64,000 bases of DNA, taken from Octopus sinensis (Eukaryota). The position numbers and the translations under genes were made by a program. The notes beneath the pieces are model-generated. The model saw only the letters and a program-made list of their open reading frames with translations, ran no database searches and was not told where the DNA came from. The stretch is from assembly GCF_006345805.1 (NCBI RefSeq), contig NW_021836835.1, positions 7,983 to 71,982 on the forward strand, read 5' to 3'. Position 1 is the first letter of the stretch; each line of letters begins with the position of its first letter. Below, piece by piece: positions 25,383 through 38,516 of this stretch.

Positions 25383-26764
25383 TGTTTGCATACGTATATG
25401 TATATATATATATACTGGTTTGTGATGGGGATGTTTTGGGTCTGCATGTATATAAATATGTATATATGATTCAACTGAAATGTTTTCCTGCGGCAACGTG
25501 ACCTTGCAGCAAACCAAGGAATTTTCAATGTCTTACTGGAATGTTACTCTCATCCAAATTAGATTTCAAGAGGAAATGCAACATATGAAGAATGACAAAT
25601 AACCGAAAACAAAACAAGAGAAAGACCAAAAGAGTCTCGCTTCATACACGTAATATCTAAACTCAAAACAGACACATAAATATTCCTCATTTTGTTGAAT
25701 AAATATTTTCTTCAATAAATGCCATAAATTATTCGATAAAAATTGAGTAGAAATATATAACAACATATAACATTGTGCAAAATGTTGCTACTTGCAAACT
25801 AATCCAATAAACTTGGCTATTCTTAAACAATTCCAACTGCATTAATTCAAATAATTGTCCACGCTACGGTGTGTATAAAATTCCTCACACTGTATACATG
25901 GCTACGTAAAACAAACAACTCATCTATCATATATTGGTTTGAGTATGAGCCTCAGCAGCTTCAGTTGCCAGCAGTGTTCTTACACTTTTCATAATCAAAA
26001 CCGAAGCCACGATAGTCTCTTTCAAATTATATATAGTATCTAAAAGCGTAAAGCAATCAATTTCAGATGGAAAACACTTTCTTCTTATGTCTCATATTAT
26101 CACCACAAAACACCTGCAATTCATAACAAACATGTTGGAAACCCCCTTTTAGAAAATATCCCTTTGCCACTGCTACATCGAACTTACTTGTATGTGTGTA
26201 TGTATGTACGTACGTACGTGCGCCCTTGTGGCCATGGAATGACACAATAACATCAGACGCAACGCACGGTGCATAGATGACACCTCAGGTGAGATAATAA
26301 GGTTTTAAGGTGGGAGATTTACATCTTGGTTTCGCTGTATTGAAAGATTCCAATAGTTAGACAGACGCACAGGCAAACAGACGCGCACATTCATACGTTT
26401 AAATCAATGCAAAGACATACAGACGCACACGTTATTAATCATACTCGTGGGTCCACGGCAGCACACACCACATGTATGTATGTCAGTCAATCACACACGC
26501 ACACACAGCTATACACGCATACACAAACACACCTACACACACGGTTGTATATTCCTCGGACACAATGCGACACATACAGAGATCATATCACCACTGCCAC
26601 CATAGAGGAGCATATGCACTCAGGTACGCCCACGCTCACACAGGCACACTCACACCTTCGCGGACCCACAGACACATACGCGCCTTATCACACGACCACC
26701 ACAGGATATACAACTCCAAATGTACATTAACATCCATAATCTCAGATGTCAGCAGGCAAGTACA

Positions 26765-26819
<55 letters not shown>

Positions 26820-27076
26820 CCGGAGTAAACACATAAATGTGAAACAAGGTGGAAAAAAGAGTACTCAAATACCAGTGGTAGAGTAATATGCTTATTTAAA
26901 GCAGCAGAAAATTCAACAAAATCTGTTACTCTGAGTTTCACGTTCAGAGTAACAGGTTTTGTTGAATTTTCTGCTGCTTTAAATAAAGTATATATATATT
27001 CATAAATGCGTGTGTGTTGTTTGTGTATGTATCTAAGAATGCATGCATGCATATATGTATATCTTTAATTATTTAT

Positions 27077-27770
27077 GCATGTATGTATGTATGTATGTAT
27101 GTATGTATGTATGTATGTATGTATGTATGTGTGTATGTATGTATGTGTGTATGTATGTATGTATGTATGTATGTATGTATGTGTGTGTATGTATGTATGT
27201 ATGTATGTATGTATGTATGTATGTATGTATGTATGTATGTATGCATGTGTGTATGTGTGTATTATATGTGTATGTATGTGTGTATGTTGTGTTGTATGTA
27301 TGTATGTATTGTGTATGTATGTATGCAGTGTGTATGTGTGTATTAGGTGTGTATGTATGTGTGTATGTATGTGTGTATGTATGTATGTGTGTATGTATGT
27401 ATGTATTTATGTGTTGTGTATGTATTTATGTATGTGTGTATGTAGTATGTATGTGTGTAGTATGTATGTGTGTGTGTATGTGTGTACGTATGTATGTATG
27501 TGTGTATGTATGTATGTGGTGTGTGGTCTGTGTATGTATGTATGTATGTGTGTATGTATGTATGTATGTATGTATGTATGTATGTGTGTGTGTATGTATG
27601 TATGTGTGTATGTATGTATGTATGTGTGTATGTATGTATGTGTGTGTGTACGTACGTATGTATGTATGTATGTATGTATGTATGCATTTACGTACATATG
27701 TATGTATGTATGTATGTGTGCGTGTATGTGTGTACGTATGTATGTATGTGTGTATGTATGTATGTATGTA
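27077..27770. repeat. (TATG)n/(TG)n compound array
   Basis: Direct inspection. Confidence 0.95.
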
Positions 27771-28489
27771 GGTAGGTAAGTAAGTAGTTAGGTAGGGTAG
27801 CAGTGTGTTAGTGATGGTACTTTTGAGGATACATACCATAAAAGGATTCGTATTATAAAAGCTGATTTTCAATAATTACAAACGGTGAAACAAATTCTTC
27901 CCTCTGCATTTATTGGCGCTCAAATATGGCGATTGGAAGCGACACGTTAAATGCACCGCTATATATACTACGACGATATTAACTTCATTTTCAGACACCA
28001 CCACCACCACCACCACCACCACCACTGCTACTACTACTACTACTACTACTACTACAGGAGAAGTAGGAATAGTGTGGTACGAGGAGTGTTATTTTGTCGT
28101 TTTTAATAATCCAGTAACACAATATCAATGTTCAAATATGAGATTCTTCGTCATATTTGATTATATTATCTTTTTTTTATATATTTCATTTCATTTGATT
28201 AATTATTACTTTTCTGGGTTTTTTTTTTGTTTTTGTTGATGTTTTATTCAATTGTCTTTTGCCCCGCTTTGTTTTCTTTCGCCCGCTTTCCTTCCTCGTC
28301 TCTTTCTTTCTTTCTTTTGTTTATATTCCTTCACCCAAGCCATTTCCATCACACAAACCATTTCCTCTCTTTTAATAGACTTATTTTCCTTTATTGCCAA
28401 GAAAAAACACAATATGTTTTTCATGTGTTTTATTAGTTTATGAATTAGCTCTTGTTGTTGCTATTGTTGTTGTTTGTGGTGGTTGTGTT

Positions 28490-29090
28490 CCTCTTCCTTT
28501 TCTTCCGCTCTTCTCTTTCTTTCTTCTCCTCCTTTCCTTTCTCCTTCTACTCCCCTTCTTTTTCTTCTTCATCTTCTTCTCCTCCTCCTTCTTCTCCTCC
28601 ACCTCCTCCTCCTCCTCCTCCTTCTTCTTCTTCTTCTTCATCATCATCATCTTTTGCTTCTTCTTCCGCCTGTACTTCCTTCTGCTCCTCCTCCTTTCTT
28701 CTTCTTTCTCCTCCTCTTCTTTTCTTATTCCTATTCTCCATCCTTCGTCAGCTCCCTCTCTTCCTCCTCTTGTTCCTCCTTTGTCCCTCTTCTGCCTCTT
28801 TCTCCCCGCTTCTTCTTTCTCTCTTTCTCTCTTCTTCTTTTCCTTCTCCCTCCTCTTCTTCTTCATCATCATCATCATCTTCTTCTTCTTCTTCCTCTTC
28901 CTCTTCCTCCCCTTCTTCTTCTTCATCATCATCGTCATCTTCTTCTTCACCGCCTCTTCTTCTTCTTCTTCTTCTTCTTCTTCATCTTCTCCTTCTTATT
29001 CTTCTTATTCTTCTTCTTCTTCTTCTTCTTCTTCTTCTTCTTCTTCTTCTTCTCCGTCATCTTTGCCCACCCCTCCCCCGCCCTCTCTTT
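28490..29090. repeat. Polypyrimidine (CTT/CCT/CAT)n low-complexity tract
   Basis: Direct inspection. Confidence 0.9.
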
Positions 29091-29384
29091 ACGAGTCTCC
29101 ATCGGGGGAAATGTGATATTTATGTCAGATATCTTCTCAAATTGTCGCCCAAAAGTCTCTGATCTCATGAATCTGTCTTTTACTGAAATTTACAAATAAG
29201 CACCACCGAATTGGAACACGGTGCAGCAACAATAGCTGGATCCTCTCTCCTATTCCAATTCTCTTTTTTTTCTTTTTTTTTCTTTTCTTTTTTGGTAAGT
29301 ACCACCATTTTGGCAACAATGTGGTTCTCTTGTGGTTCTTGCTGTTACCTCATGAGGATATTGTTTCTCGTGGAAGTTGCTGCT

Positions 29385-29443
29385 ATTGATGCTGTTGTTG
29401 TGGTTGTTGTTGTTGATGATGATGATGATGTTGATGTTGATGT

Positions 29444-29482
<39 letters not shown>

Positions 29483-30105
29483 CGAAGAGGAGGAGGGAGG
29501 AGGGAGAAGGGAGAAGGGAGAATGGAGGAGGAGAATGGAGGGGAGGAGGGAGGAGGGAGGAGGGAGAAGAGAGGAGGAGGGGAGGTTGACGATGATGCTC
29601 ATGATGACGATGACGATGATTATTATCTTGATAATGATGATGATGATGTCATTCCTGATAGAAACTGTTCTGTTTGTTGTTATCGTTGTTGTTATTGTTG
29701 TTCTTGTTGTTGCTGTTGACAATGTACCGAAAGTGAAAGTGAGATTATTCGATATCATCAAGACAAATTCATTCTCCCCACAACAGGAGAGAAAGATTAG
29801 AGCAGAACGATGAGGTTGATGATGATGATGATGATGATGATGATTGTGGTGATGCTGATGATGATGACGATGATGATGATGATGATGATGATGACGATTA
29901 TGATGGTGATGGTGGCGATGGTAGTGGTGATGATGATGATAATGGTGATGATGATAAAGAACAACAACAAGAAAAAGAAGATGACGACGACGACAACGAC
30001 GATGATGATGATGGTGGCGATGGTAGTGGTGATGACAATGCTGATGATGATGATGATGATGATGACGATGATGCTTGTGGTGATGATGCCGATGCCGATA
30101 ATGAA
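29385..30105. repeat. (GAT)n/(GGA)n low-complexity tract
   Basis: Direct inspection. Confidence 0.9.
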
Positions 30106-30364
30106 AAGCAAGATAACGCTAGCTTTTTGACTTGTCTCGTTGAAATCTCATTTACTCTCGATCTAGATTGATTGATCGATCATTTCAGTCGTTTATAAAG
30201 TCGAAACGAAAGGAAGTACTTTGTTTTCATAAACAACCACGAATTTATCAGGTTGTTTATTGGATCGAGTTCGCATTTCCCTCTCTCTCTCTCTCCTGGC
30301 GGTTGATACAATTTATTGCAAGTGTTATATGTTAAAGAGCCCATAGTCTGTTGCTCCACCAATA

Positions 30365-30752
30365 GAAATGACTAAACGTAGAGGGGACAAACAAGGACAG
30401 ACAAAGGGATTAAGTTGATTACATCGACCCCAGTGACGCGACCCCGAAAGGATGAAAGGCAAAGTCGACCTCGGCGGAATTTGAACTCAGAACGTAACGG
30501 CAGACGAAATATCTATTTCTATTAATTTGCTACCCAGAAGGGGCTAAACACAGAGAGGACAAACAAGGACAGACAAACGGATTAAGTCGATTATATCGAC
30601 CCCAGTGCGTAACTGGTACTTATTTAACCGACCCCGAAAGGATGAAAGGCAAAGTCGACCTCGGCGGAATTTGAACACAGAACGTAGCAGCAGACGAAAT
30701 ACCGCTAAGCATTTCGCCCGGCGTGCTAACGGTTCTGCCAGCTCGCCGCCTG
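30365..30752 (-). mobile_element. GAGCTGGCAGAA-family SINE with one head and two tandem body units
   Basis: GGACAAACAAGGACAGACAAA...GAACGTA.CGGCAGACGAAATA present twice. Confidence 0.88.
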
Positions 30753-31012
30753 ACAGATAAATTTCCCTTAAACTACAAACGATTTTAGAAAGAAAAGGAC
30801 ATACAGGCCAACGTGTTTCTGGGTCCCGTGCGCATAAGAATTTTGATGGGATGGTCGTAGCCGGAAAAAACATATTGAACATAGGTTTAATCATTTAGGA
30901 CTGACATCAGCCCACAACCAAAGAGTTTCCACGCATTGACAATCCGACCAATGTATATGTCCATATATATTATCCATTGGATTCTTCCGCTTTGAAGACC
31001 CTGGATGTAGAT

Positions 31013-31361
31013 CAATGGTTCTCAACTGGGGTTCATTTGGCTCCTGAGGGTACATATAAGATTTTTGAGGGTCCACGCAGCATGGTAGTAAATTGGGGAC
31101 ACGCAATATTTTAAGGGCCCCTGAAAAAAATTTTGCTTTAGATGTATGTATTGGTATGTATAGCAAGAAACAGCTAGAATTCTTTCTCTAACATTTTACA
31201 TAGTTGAACCTTCACAAGTTAATGTGTTCAAAACGAAATAGGAATTTTGAAATCAGTTTCTATAAAACTAGTTTTTAGACATCGAATGGTTATGGAGTCC
31301 ACCAGAATAAAATAGTAATCAAAGGGACCTATAGATAAAAAAAGATTGTTGAAAATTCCTG
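31013..31361. mobile_element. Old hAT (Charlie-like) MITE
   Basis: CAATGGTTCTCAAC left end and degenerate GTTGAAAATTCCTG right end; no TSD recognisable. Confidence 0.55.
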
Positions 31362-32094
31362 GTTTCGGTTGAAATTTGGTCGTTATTTCCAACAGGGACC
31401 ATGTTTACGCTCCTTCATTTTGTGAGTTATAGCAGTAACAGCCGTTCTTGGTAATAACGTTGTTATTGTTTAGTCCCAGATCAGACCTGATTAAACAAAT
31501 CTATGGCCAACGTTATTTCCATCGATGACCATCCCTAACCAACATGCTCTTATCGTAGACAGCAGAAGATGATTTGGTTGATACATATTCAGATTTTTGA
31601 AATTGTCTAAAGAATATTTACTTAAATTTCTTAATATAGAATCTGGATGTCAAATGGTAGTAGACATTAAAACCTCTGGAACACTAATAGTCTATTTTAC
31701 CCTACCTCTCTAACCTCAACATACTAGCTTTTTGCTATACTGCATTCAAATATATCTGGGCTGAGTTCCTCAGAATAGGAATAGGTTTATTCGTTTTGAC
31801 ATTTGTTCTACCCCTTCCGATATCTATAAATAGAAAAGTTCTTTGTCTCCATCCAACCCAAAATAAAATCCCCCTCCCCAATGACAGATCTAAATAACAA
31901 AGGGAAAAAATCTACAGTCAGAGAGTAAATTTACTACTATCATGTTCTTAAGAATGAAATCAACCTCTCTGTCTGCATATCTACCTTCTTTATAATGTGG
32001 GCAAACGAAATAGAGATAAAAATGTTCATTGTCCGTTTGATTGGAAAATTTATATAGTGGGCAGCTAGATAACTATATATATATTAATTATATA

Positions 32095-32430
32095 TAATCA
32101 CTTGTCTCAGTCATTGGATTGTGGTTTTGCTGGGGCTCCATCTTGAAGGGTTTAGCTGGACTAATCTTTCCAAGTACTTAATTAACCTTGGTACTTATTC
32201 TGACGTTCCCTTCCACCGATCCAGTGAGTTAGTGTCGTAAAGAAATCAACACTGGTTGCCAGATAACACAATCACGCACATGCATAGGACGGGCTGCTTA
32301 TGGTGTTTGCCTTACACATTCACTCACAAGGCATGGTTAACTTGGTACCATAGTGAAAAACGTTTGTCCTTCAGCAGGATGGAATCGGAAACAATGTGTC
32401 TGTGAATCGGTCTCCTTACCACACTGTCCC
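32095..32430 (-). mobile_element. Old AGGAGTGGCTGTGTGG-family SINE
   Basis: Degenerate tail and head motifs. Confidence 0.55.
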
Positions 32431-32944
32431 GGATACTTAAAAATGTTATCATCGGTCCCTAAACGATGCAAGACGAAGCTGATGTCGACGGAACTTGTTC
32501 TTGGAGGCCGACGAACTAAAATGATTATCGCAGGACATTCTGTTCGTTGTACTGGTGACGGTATTAATTCTTTGCCATAAAAGGATTAGTAATCGCTTTG
32601 ACCAATCGGCCACCAGTACAACACGACTTCTGTCAGAATAAAGCAATGTACACATCTTTTTTTTCTCTTCTTAAAAAGAAAAAAATGCTCAGTGTATGTG
32701 AGAAAAAGCCAAACGCTTAACTGAATGAAACATTAAACTAATTGGTTTGCAAGGAATCGTTTGATATGTGAAAGTAAAATAAAGGAAAAAGGAAAAAAAA
32801 ATGTGAGCCGAAGACATTGCGAAAATAGTCATTATCTTAAGTAACGTAATAGTAATTACGAAGTAGTAGTAGTAGTAATAATGAGACTGATGGTGATACT
32901 ACAACTACAACTAGTAGTAGTGGTAGTAATAATACTACTACTAC

Positions 32945-32987
<43 letters not shown>

Positions 32988-33480
32988 CCATGAAAAACAT
33001 AGAAAGACTTAAAAACTGGACGTGTATTTAGTGTATTTAGCTCGTCTAAAATGGTAAACGTTAGAAATAATTGCAGTGATACGTTGACGAATTTAATTTG
33101 TAAAGAATGAAGGTGGGAAAAAGTAAAGGAGATAATGTGTGTGTGTGTGTATGCGTGTATGTTCGGGTGTGTTCATGTGTGTGTTCATGTGTGTGTGTGT
33201 ATGAAATCTGGGAGTGATTGTCGAAAAGTGCATTAGATTTTTTTTGATTTTTGGTAATCACTAAAAGTAAAGCAATCAAGCGTAACTAGTAATTAAAGGA
33301 ATTTCAGGAGTTTAAGTGCCATAGCTAATGCTAAACACAGAATTGAATTCGAAAGTAATAATAATCGAAGGCTAAAACCAAATGAGGGGCTATTTTCATA
33401 TCAGGCTGGGAAAGGAGAAGAAATGCTAAATTACTAGCAGCAGGAATCTGCAGTAAAGAATTACATTATCTCGATAGGAG

Positions 33481-33865
33481 AAGGCGTGGCTGTGTGGTAA
33501 GAAGTTTGCTTCTAAATCATGTGGTTCCATGTTCAGTTCTACTGAGTGCCACCTTGGGGGAAGTTTCTTCTATAACCTCGAGCTGATGAAAGCATTGTGA
33601 GCGGATTTGATAAGCGGAAACTGAAAGAAGCCTCTCGTATATAGAGATATATATGTGTGTGTGCGTCTATGCGCCTGTTTGTCCCCCCACCGTCGCTTGA
33701 CAACCGGTGTTTGTGTGTTTATGTTCTTGTAACTTAGTAGCTCGGTAACAGAGCAATTTTTAAAATTAGTCAATGGCGTGGGGGTGGGGGGCGATTTGTT
33801 CGTCTAAAACCCTTCAATGCGGTGCCCCAACATGGCCGCAGTCAGATGACTGAAACAAGGAAACG
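33481..33865 (+). mobile_element. AGGAGTGGCTGTGTGG-family SINE, full length and diverged
   Basis: GGCGTGGCTGTGTGGTAAG...CATGGCCGCAGTCAGATGACTGAAACAAG. Confidence 0.85.
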
Positions 33866-33900
33866 AAAAGATTGAAAGGGAGGAAATATTTGAAGAAATA

Positions 33901-34337
33901 TTGGGTTGGTGCATAATTATTGCGGCTTTTTTTTTTGTTTTCAACAAATTTTATTCAAGAAAAAAACAATAACAATATTTAATAAACACATCTTTAAATG
34001 ACGGTCTGACTGTCTGCCAAGCAAATGGGAAATAGTAATTGAAGTAGATGGTGAATATGCTCCGGAATAATCATTTAAAGATGTTTTTGTTACATATTAT
34101 CGTTTTTGTTGAATATTACTCCCTTTTACTCTTTACTCTTTTACTTGTTTCAGTCATTTGACTGCGGCCATGCTGGAGCACCGCCTTTTAGTCGAGCAAA
34201 TTGACTCCGGGACTTATTCTTTGTAAGCCCAGTACTTATTCTATCGGTTTCTTTTGCTGAACCGCTAAGTGACGGGGACGTAAACACAACAGCATCGGTT
34301 GTCAAGCAATGCTAGGGGGACAAACACAGACACACAA

Positions 34338-34392
<55 letters not shown>

Positions 34393-34626
34393 ATATATAT
34401 ATATATACATATATACGACAGGCTTCTTTCAGTTTCCGTCTACCAAATCCACTCATAAGGATTTGGTCGGCCTGAGGCTTTAGTAGAAGACACTTGCCCA
34501 AGATGCCACGCAGTGGGACTGAACCCGGAACCATGTGGCTGGTTAGCAAGCCACTTACCATACAGCCACTCCTGAATATTATTGAAAAAAAAAAACAAGT
34601 CGCAATAATTATGCACCAACTAGAAA
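33901..34626 (+). mobile_element. Hsmar1-like mariner MITE containing a nested SINE
   Basis: TA|TTGGGTTGGTGCATAATTATTGCG left TIR; CGCAATAATTATGCACCAAC right TIR; residual transposase C-terminus LPSKWEIVIEVDGEY. Confidence 0.82.
34119..34573 (-). mobile_element. Full-length, little-diverged AGGAGTGGCTGTGTGG-family SINE with 8-bp TSD
   Basis: GAATATTA at 34111-34118 and 34574-34581; (TAAAGAG)n-like tail; internal (TA)(TG) microsatellite. Confidence 0.93.
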
Positions 34627-34894
34627 TAAGGTGGGTGCGGGGAAACAAGATGGTTGTGAATCTAAAGCAAAAGCTAGCCAGAGTCCAAACAAACGCCGTC
34701 CAGAGTAACAAAGGAATTCTTTAAAAGGTTAGATTCTAGTTTGACGTCCCAAACAGTCCAATACACAAGGAAAGCAAATACGTTGCATTATGAGAATTAA
34801 ACGGATTCTTCTAATCGGGTCAAAAGTGTTTCCATTGGAAATTAATCACGGCTGCCACAAGCTGAAGTGTATCAGGTTTCTTATAATCTTAGGA

Positions 34895-35330
34895 ATGTCA
34901 CGTCAGCTTCATGCTTTCGAGAAGGAATCGGGGCTGCCGGGGCGGCGGCGGCGGCGGCAGAGGCGGCCAATTGGAAATCGTTTCGCTCTAATATCCTCTT
35001 ATGTGCTCCCCTCTCTCTCTTTCTCACCCTTCAGTATCTCCTGCATCCCCTCCTCTCTCTGTTCATCTTCCCTCCGTCTTGCTTCTCCCGCTCTCTCCTT
35101 CCTCTCTCTCTCTCTCTCTATTCAATTTCCCTCTTTCTTCAAACTCCCTCTCTTCCCTTCCACCTCCCTTACTCTCCCTTATCCTCCCTCTCTTTCCCTC
35201 AGCTTCCTACTCCCTCTCTCCCGCTTCTCTCTCTTCCTCCTCCCTCTCGCACCCTTTCACTTTCTCTACGATTCAGCCAATTTGAGTTTGCAAGCAGGAT
35301 CGTGGTTAGCCAATCATATCGCGTCCCTTC
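34895..35330 (+). promoter_or_regulatory. Promoter-like island (GGC repeat, CRE-like site, three CCAAT boxes)
   Basis: TCACGTCA 34898-34905; (GGC)n 34941-34958; CCAAT at 34967, 35277 and 35310; CpG-rich against a very AT-rich background. No downstream CDS identified. Confidence 0.4.
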
Positions 35331-36548
35331 CTCCAGAAACAGGAAACGGTCAAACGAAGATCGAGCAAGATTCTCTCATAGAAACACTAATAATTTATTG
35401 GAACCCTCTAAGAACGAAGTGAGGCGCCGTACGGCATGGAATAGACACCATTAAGGCAGTGGACATCTTAATAGTGATCCTTGGAGGCCAGAAACTGCAG
35501 TTGGCGGTATCGGAGGGAAGGCTTGGATTCTTCTACTGTGGAAACGTTAATCATCTCCAATCTTTCTAATCTCAACAAATGCCGGATGAAAGAAGTTCTC
35601 AATACTGCTAGCACCACAACATCGACACCACCATCAGCAGCAGCCACCCCAAATACAATAGATGCAATTAATTCTAATACTTTTGGATATTCTGCGTGAA
35701 TTTGTATAGTAATTAGTCATTTTCTCTGCTGCCAAATTGCCAACTCGAACCCACAGTCTTTACATTTGTTCACTGCACTGCAACAACTCATACTACTCAG
35801 TTTTATTGACATTTTATTTATCTATACTATTTCACCTATCTATATGGTAAAAAAAAAACGTCTTGTTCCGCTTGTATCCACTTCAACAACACCTAGAAAT
35901 ATATTCCTCCCACCATCTCAGAAACGCTAAAGCATGACTTTTAACAAATTTACGTTTATCTCACCACTTGGTAAAAAAAAGTATCACATACTTAATTCGC
36001 ACGTGTTACCAACGCACAAGCACAAACAACATAGCAATCAATATGGAACGACAGCTCCGAAACTGTGAAAATAATTGTCATATGTGTGAAAGCAATTCGT
36101 GATAATGCCAAATAATTATCAAGAATGGAGGCGGGATCAGCCCATACAAGGAAGACATTTTATCAAATTCCAGATGTTTAAGACAACACTGGGAAGTTCA
36201 GTTAGACATTAGACACAACAACAACAATAAAATAATATTGGAACTAAGGTTAAATGCTGATAACTGTTTTATCTCATTGCGATAGTTACACTACATTATT
36301 TCACAAAAAAAATGGCGTGTGACGATGATAAAATTATAATTCGATTACTCATTCTGAGATATTGATTGGAATTATATAAGTGTATTTTTCTCCAAATATT
36401 TGGAGATAGAAGCAAGGTACTGAAATATTTTCTGATATTAATTTATGGCAACGGAGAGAAAGAAAGCGAGAGAGACAGAGAGGGGGGCAGAGGGAAATAG
36501 AGAGAAACGGACAGATATAGATAGATAGATAGATAGATAGATATATAG

Positions 36549-36600
<52 letters not shown>

Positions 36601-37754
36601 AGACAGACAGACAGACAGACAGACAGAGACAGACAGAGACAGACAGAGGGAGAGAGATTATATCGATGACAATATAATATATTAATATATATTGATGACG
36701 ATGAAGATGGCCAAGTGTTGGCGAAAGTGTAAAACAATTTCAGAGTAGAATATTAAGAAAATACGTTTCTGGATTTACGCTATTCTGAGAAGCCAGCTCT
36801 TAGTTATTTCATGCCTCATAACTTGTTTCTATATATACCGATAATATTTGGTGGTCTTTCGATACATGGTTGTCAAAGACAAATCAATGTTGTTGAAGTT
36901 GCTCTTGTTAGTATTGGTTTCGAGGCGAATCCCGATGAAGCAGACCAACTTTGACCGACCGTATTTTTAGACTGAATCTGCATCGACAATATTAATGTGT
37001 TCTTCTCTTCAATAAGACGGTATGGTGGAACTGAACAAAGATTTGGTTACCGTTTTTAGCATGTCAGTCCATGCATATATACTGCCGAAGAAATCCTCTC
37101 CACCACCACCACCACCACCATCATCATCCTCATCATCATCATCATCAATACCTTCATCGTTATACAAGTTTCACTCGAAATAGAAAATAAGGGTGAATAG
37201 GGAAGCTTTAACTTCCAGCAAATCGACTGAAAGGTGGACGAGAGTGACGCACACGGCCCAAGTGAAGATGTCTCATAGCTTGAATTCCGTTTAGAATTTG
37301 TTGAATATTCATTGTCACAGAACAATAATAAAACGCAAACTAAATTCTGAAACAGAAAAGTGAAAACGAATGATAAAAGGATGAAGCAGAATGGTGATTC
37401 TGGTTCCACAACCGTCTTTGATGGTGTTTATAGAAATAGTAATTCCTCTTGCTTATGGCTGCAGTCTGAATCAGTGTCATGTGAAAAGGAAGATGCAGAA
37501 AGTAGAGCCAACCTCTAAATTGGTTGAAACGAGAGAAAATAGGAAAGTAGTAGTAAAGGTTATTGAATGACTGAATAATATATAGCTTTCAATGAAATTT
37601 GCATAGAATTAATATTATAAACCCTCCAGCTACAGTTGTAGTGTTCAGACGCTCTTAATGTTCAAGTACTTTTAAGAAGTCAGTTTGTTGCTAATATGAA
37701 ATTTTCCTGAATCTTAAAGAAATGGCTCCAGAATGGGAAAGATCAAAAATAGTT

Positions 37755-37961
37755 TCAAATTTTGACACGAAGCCATCAATTCTGAGGGCGGGGGAAAGTC
37801 GATTATCTCGACCCCAGTGTTCAAAGGGTACTTATTTTATCGACATCGAAGAGATGAAAGGCAAAGTCGATCTCGGTAGAAATTGAACTCAGAACGTAAA
37901 AACGGACGAAATCTGACTAAGCATTTTGCCCGGCGGCTAACGATTCTGCCAGCTCACCACC
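37755..37961 (-). mobile_element. GAGCTGGCAGAA-family SINE
   Basis: TTCTGCCAGCTCACCACC head; GAACTCAGAACGTA. Confidence 0.8.
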
Positions 37962-38420
37962 TAGGACGGATAAATAATGAATAAAATGAAACATGACGTA
38001 TTGAATTAGAGGAAAAAAAACTCTTGGAATGTGTTCTGTGTCTTCGTTGGTGCCTGATTTGATTCGCCTTTTGCTGTCCGAGCAAGTAATTAAATTGAAA
38101 TATTGAAGCCAGGGAATTGAGCAGAAATGACATTTTTCATATTTTGTAAGTTTGTGTATCAATGATGGGCAAGGCTGATGCTGCGTAGATAAAGAGTGCT
38201 CGCTGTCATGTATGGCTGTATTAACAAATGTTTCTAAATGAGAACTTCCTTGTAAGGAAATGACGTCATTGAACTCATGAAGAACGTTGCGTCACTGGAG
38301 TATAATGTTTGCTTCCACTTCACGTAGTTTCTCACTGCTTTTGCAGATTCCCTTGACTTTCTGTCGCCATTCACTCTCATTATTATGAATTTGAATTGGA
38401 AGCTTGCATCATAGTGAATA

Positions 38421-38516
38421 CGGCGGTACATATTCTAAAATTGGAACGTTACAGAGAAGATTAGCATGGCCCCTGCGCAAGGACAGCAGCAAATCCGTGA
38501 AGCATTCCGTATTTTT
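38421..38516 (+). pseudogene. U6: U6 snRNA pseudogene
   Basis: CTAAAATTGGAACGTTACAGAGAAGATTAGCATGGCCCCTGCGCAAGG...CGTGAAGCATTCCGTATTTTT; ACAGAGA box (38451-38457) and AGC triad intact; internal stem-loop 3' strand mutated (GGACAGCA for GGATGACAC); 5' end missing in place. Confidence 0.9.

Noticed and set aside
26407-27872. His/Thr-rich and MYVC-repeat ORFs
   Set aside because: (CA)n and (TATG)n simple repeats
28394-30130. Long poly-S/L/F/K/M/I ORFs
   Set aside because: Low-complexity trinucleotide tracts, open in most frames
35430-35720. 72-aa ORF and its antisense frame downstream of the CCAAT island
   Set aside because: No recognisable domain, non-ATG start and no convincing splice sites
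37056-37560. Short ORFs on both strands in unique sequence
   Set aside because: Frequent stops in all frames; no family resemblance
38421-38516. Functional U6 gene
   Set aside because: Internal stem-loop mutated at the metal-binding region, 5' stem-loop incomplete, no clear TATA/PSE upstream
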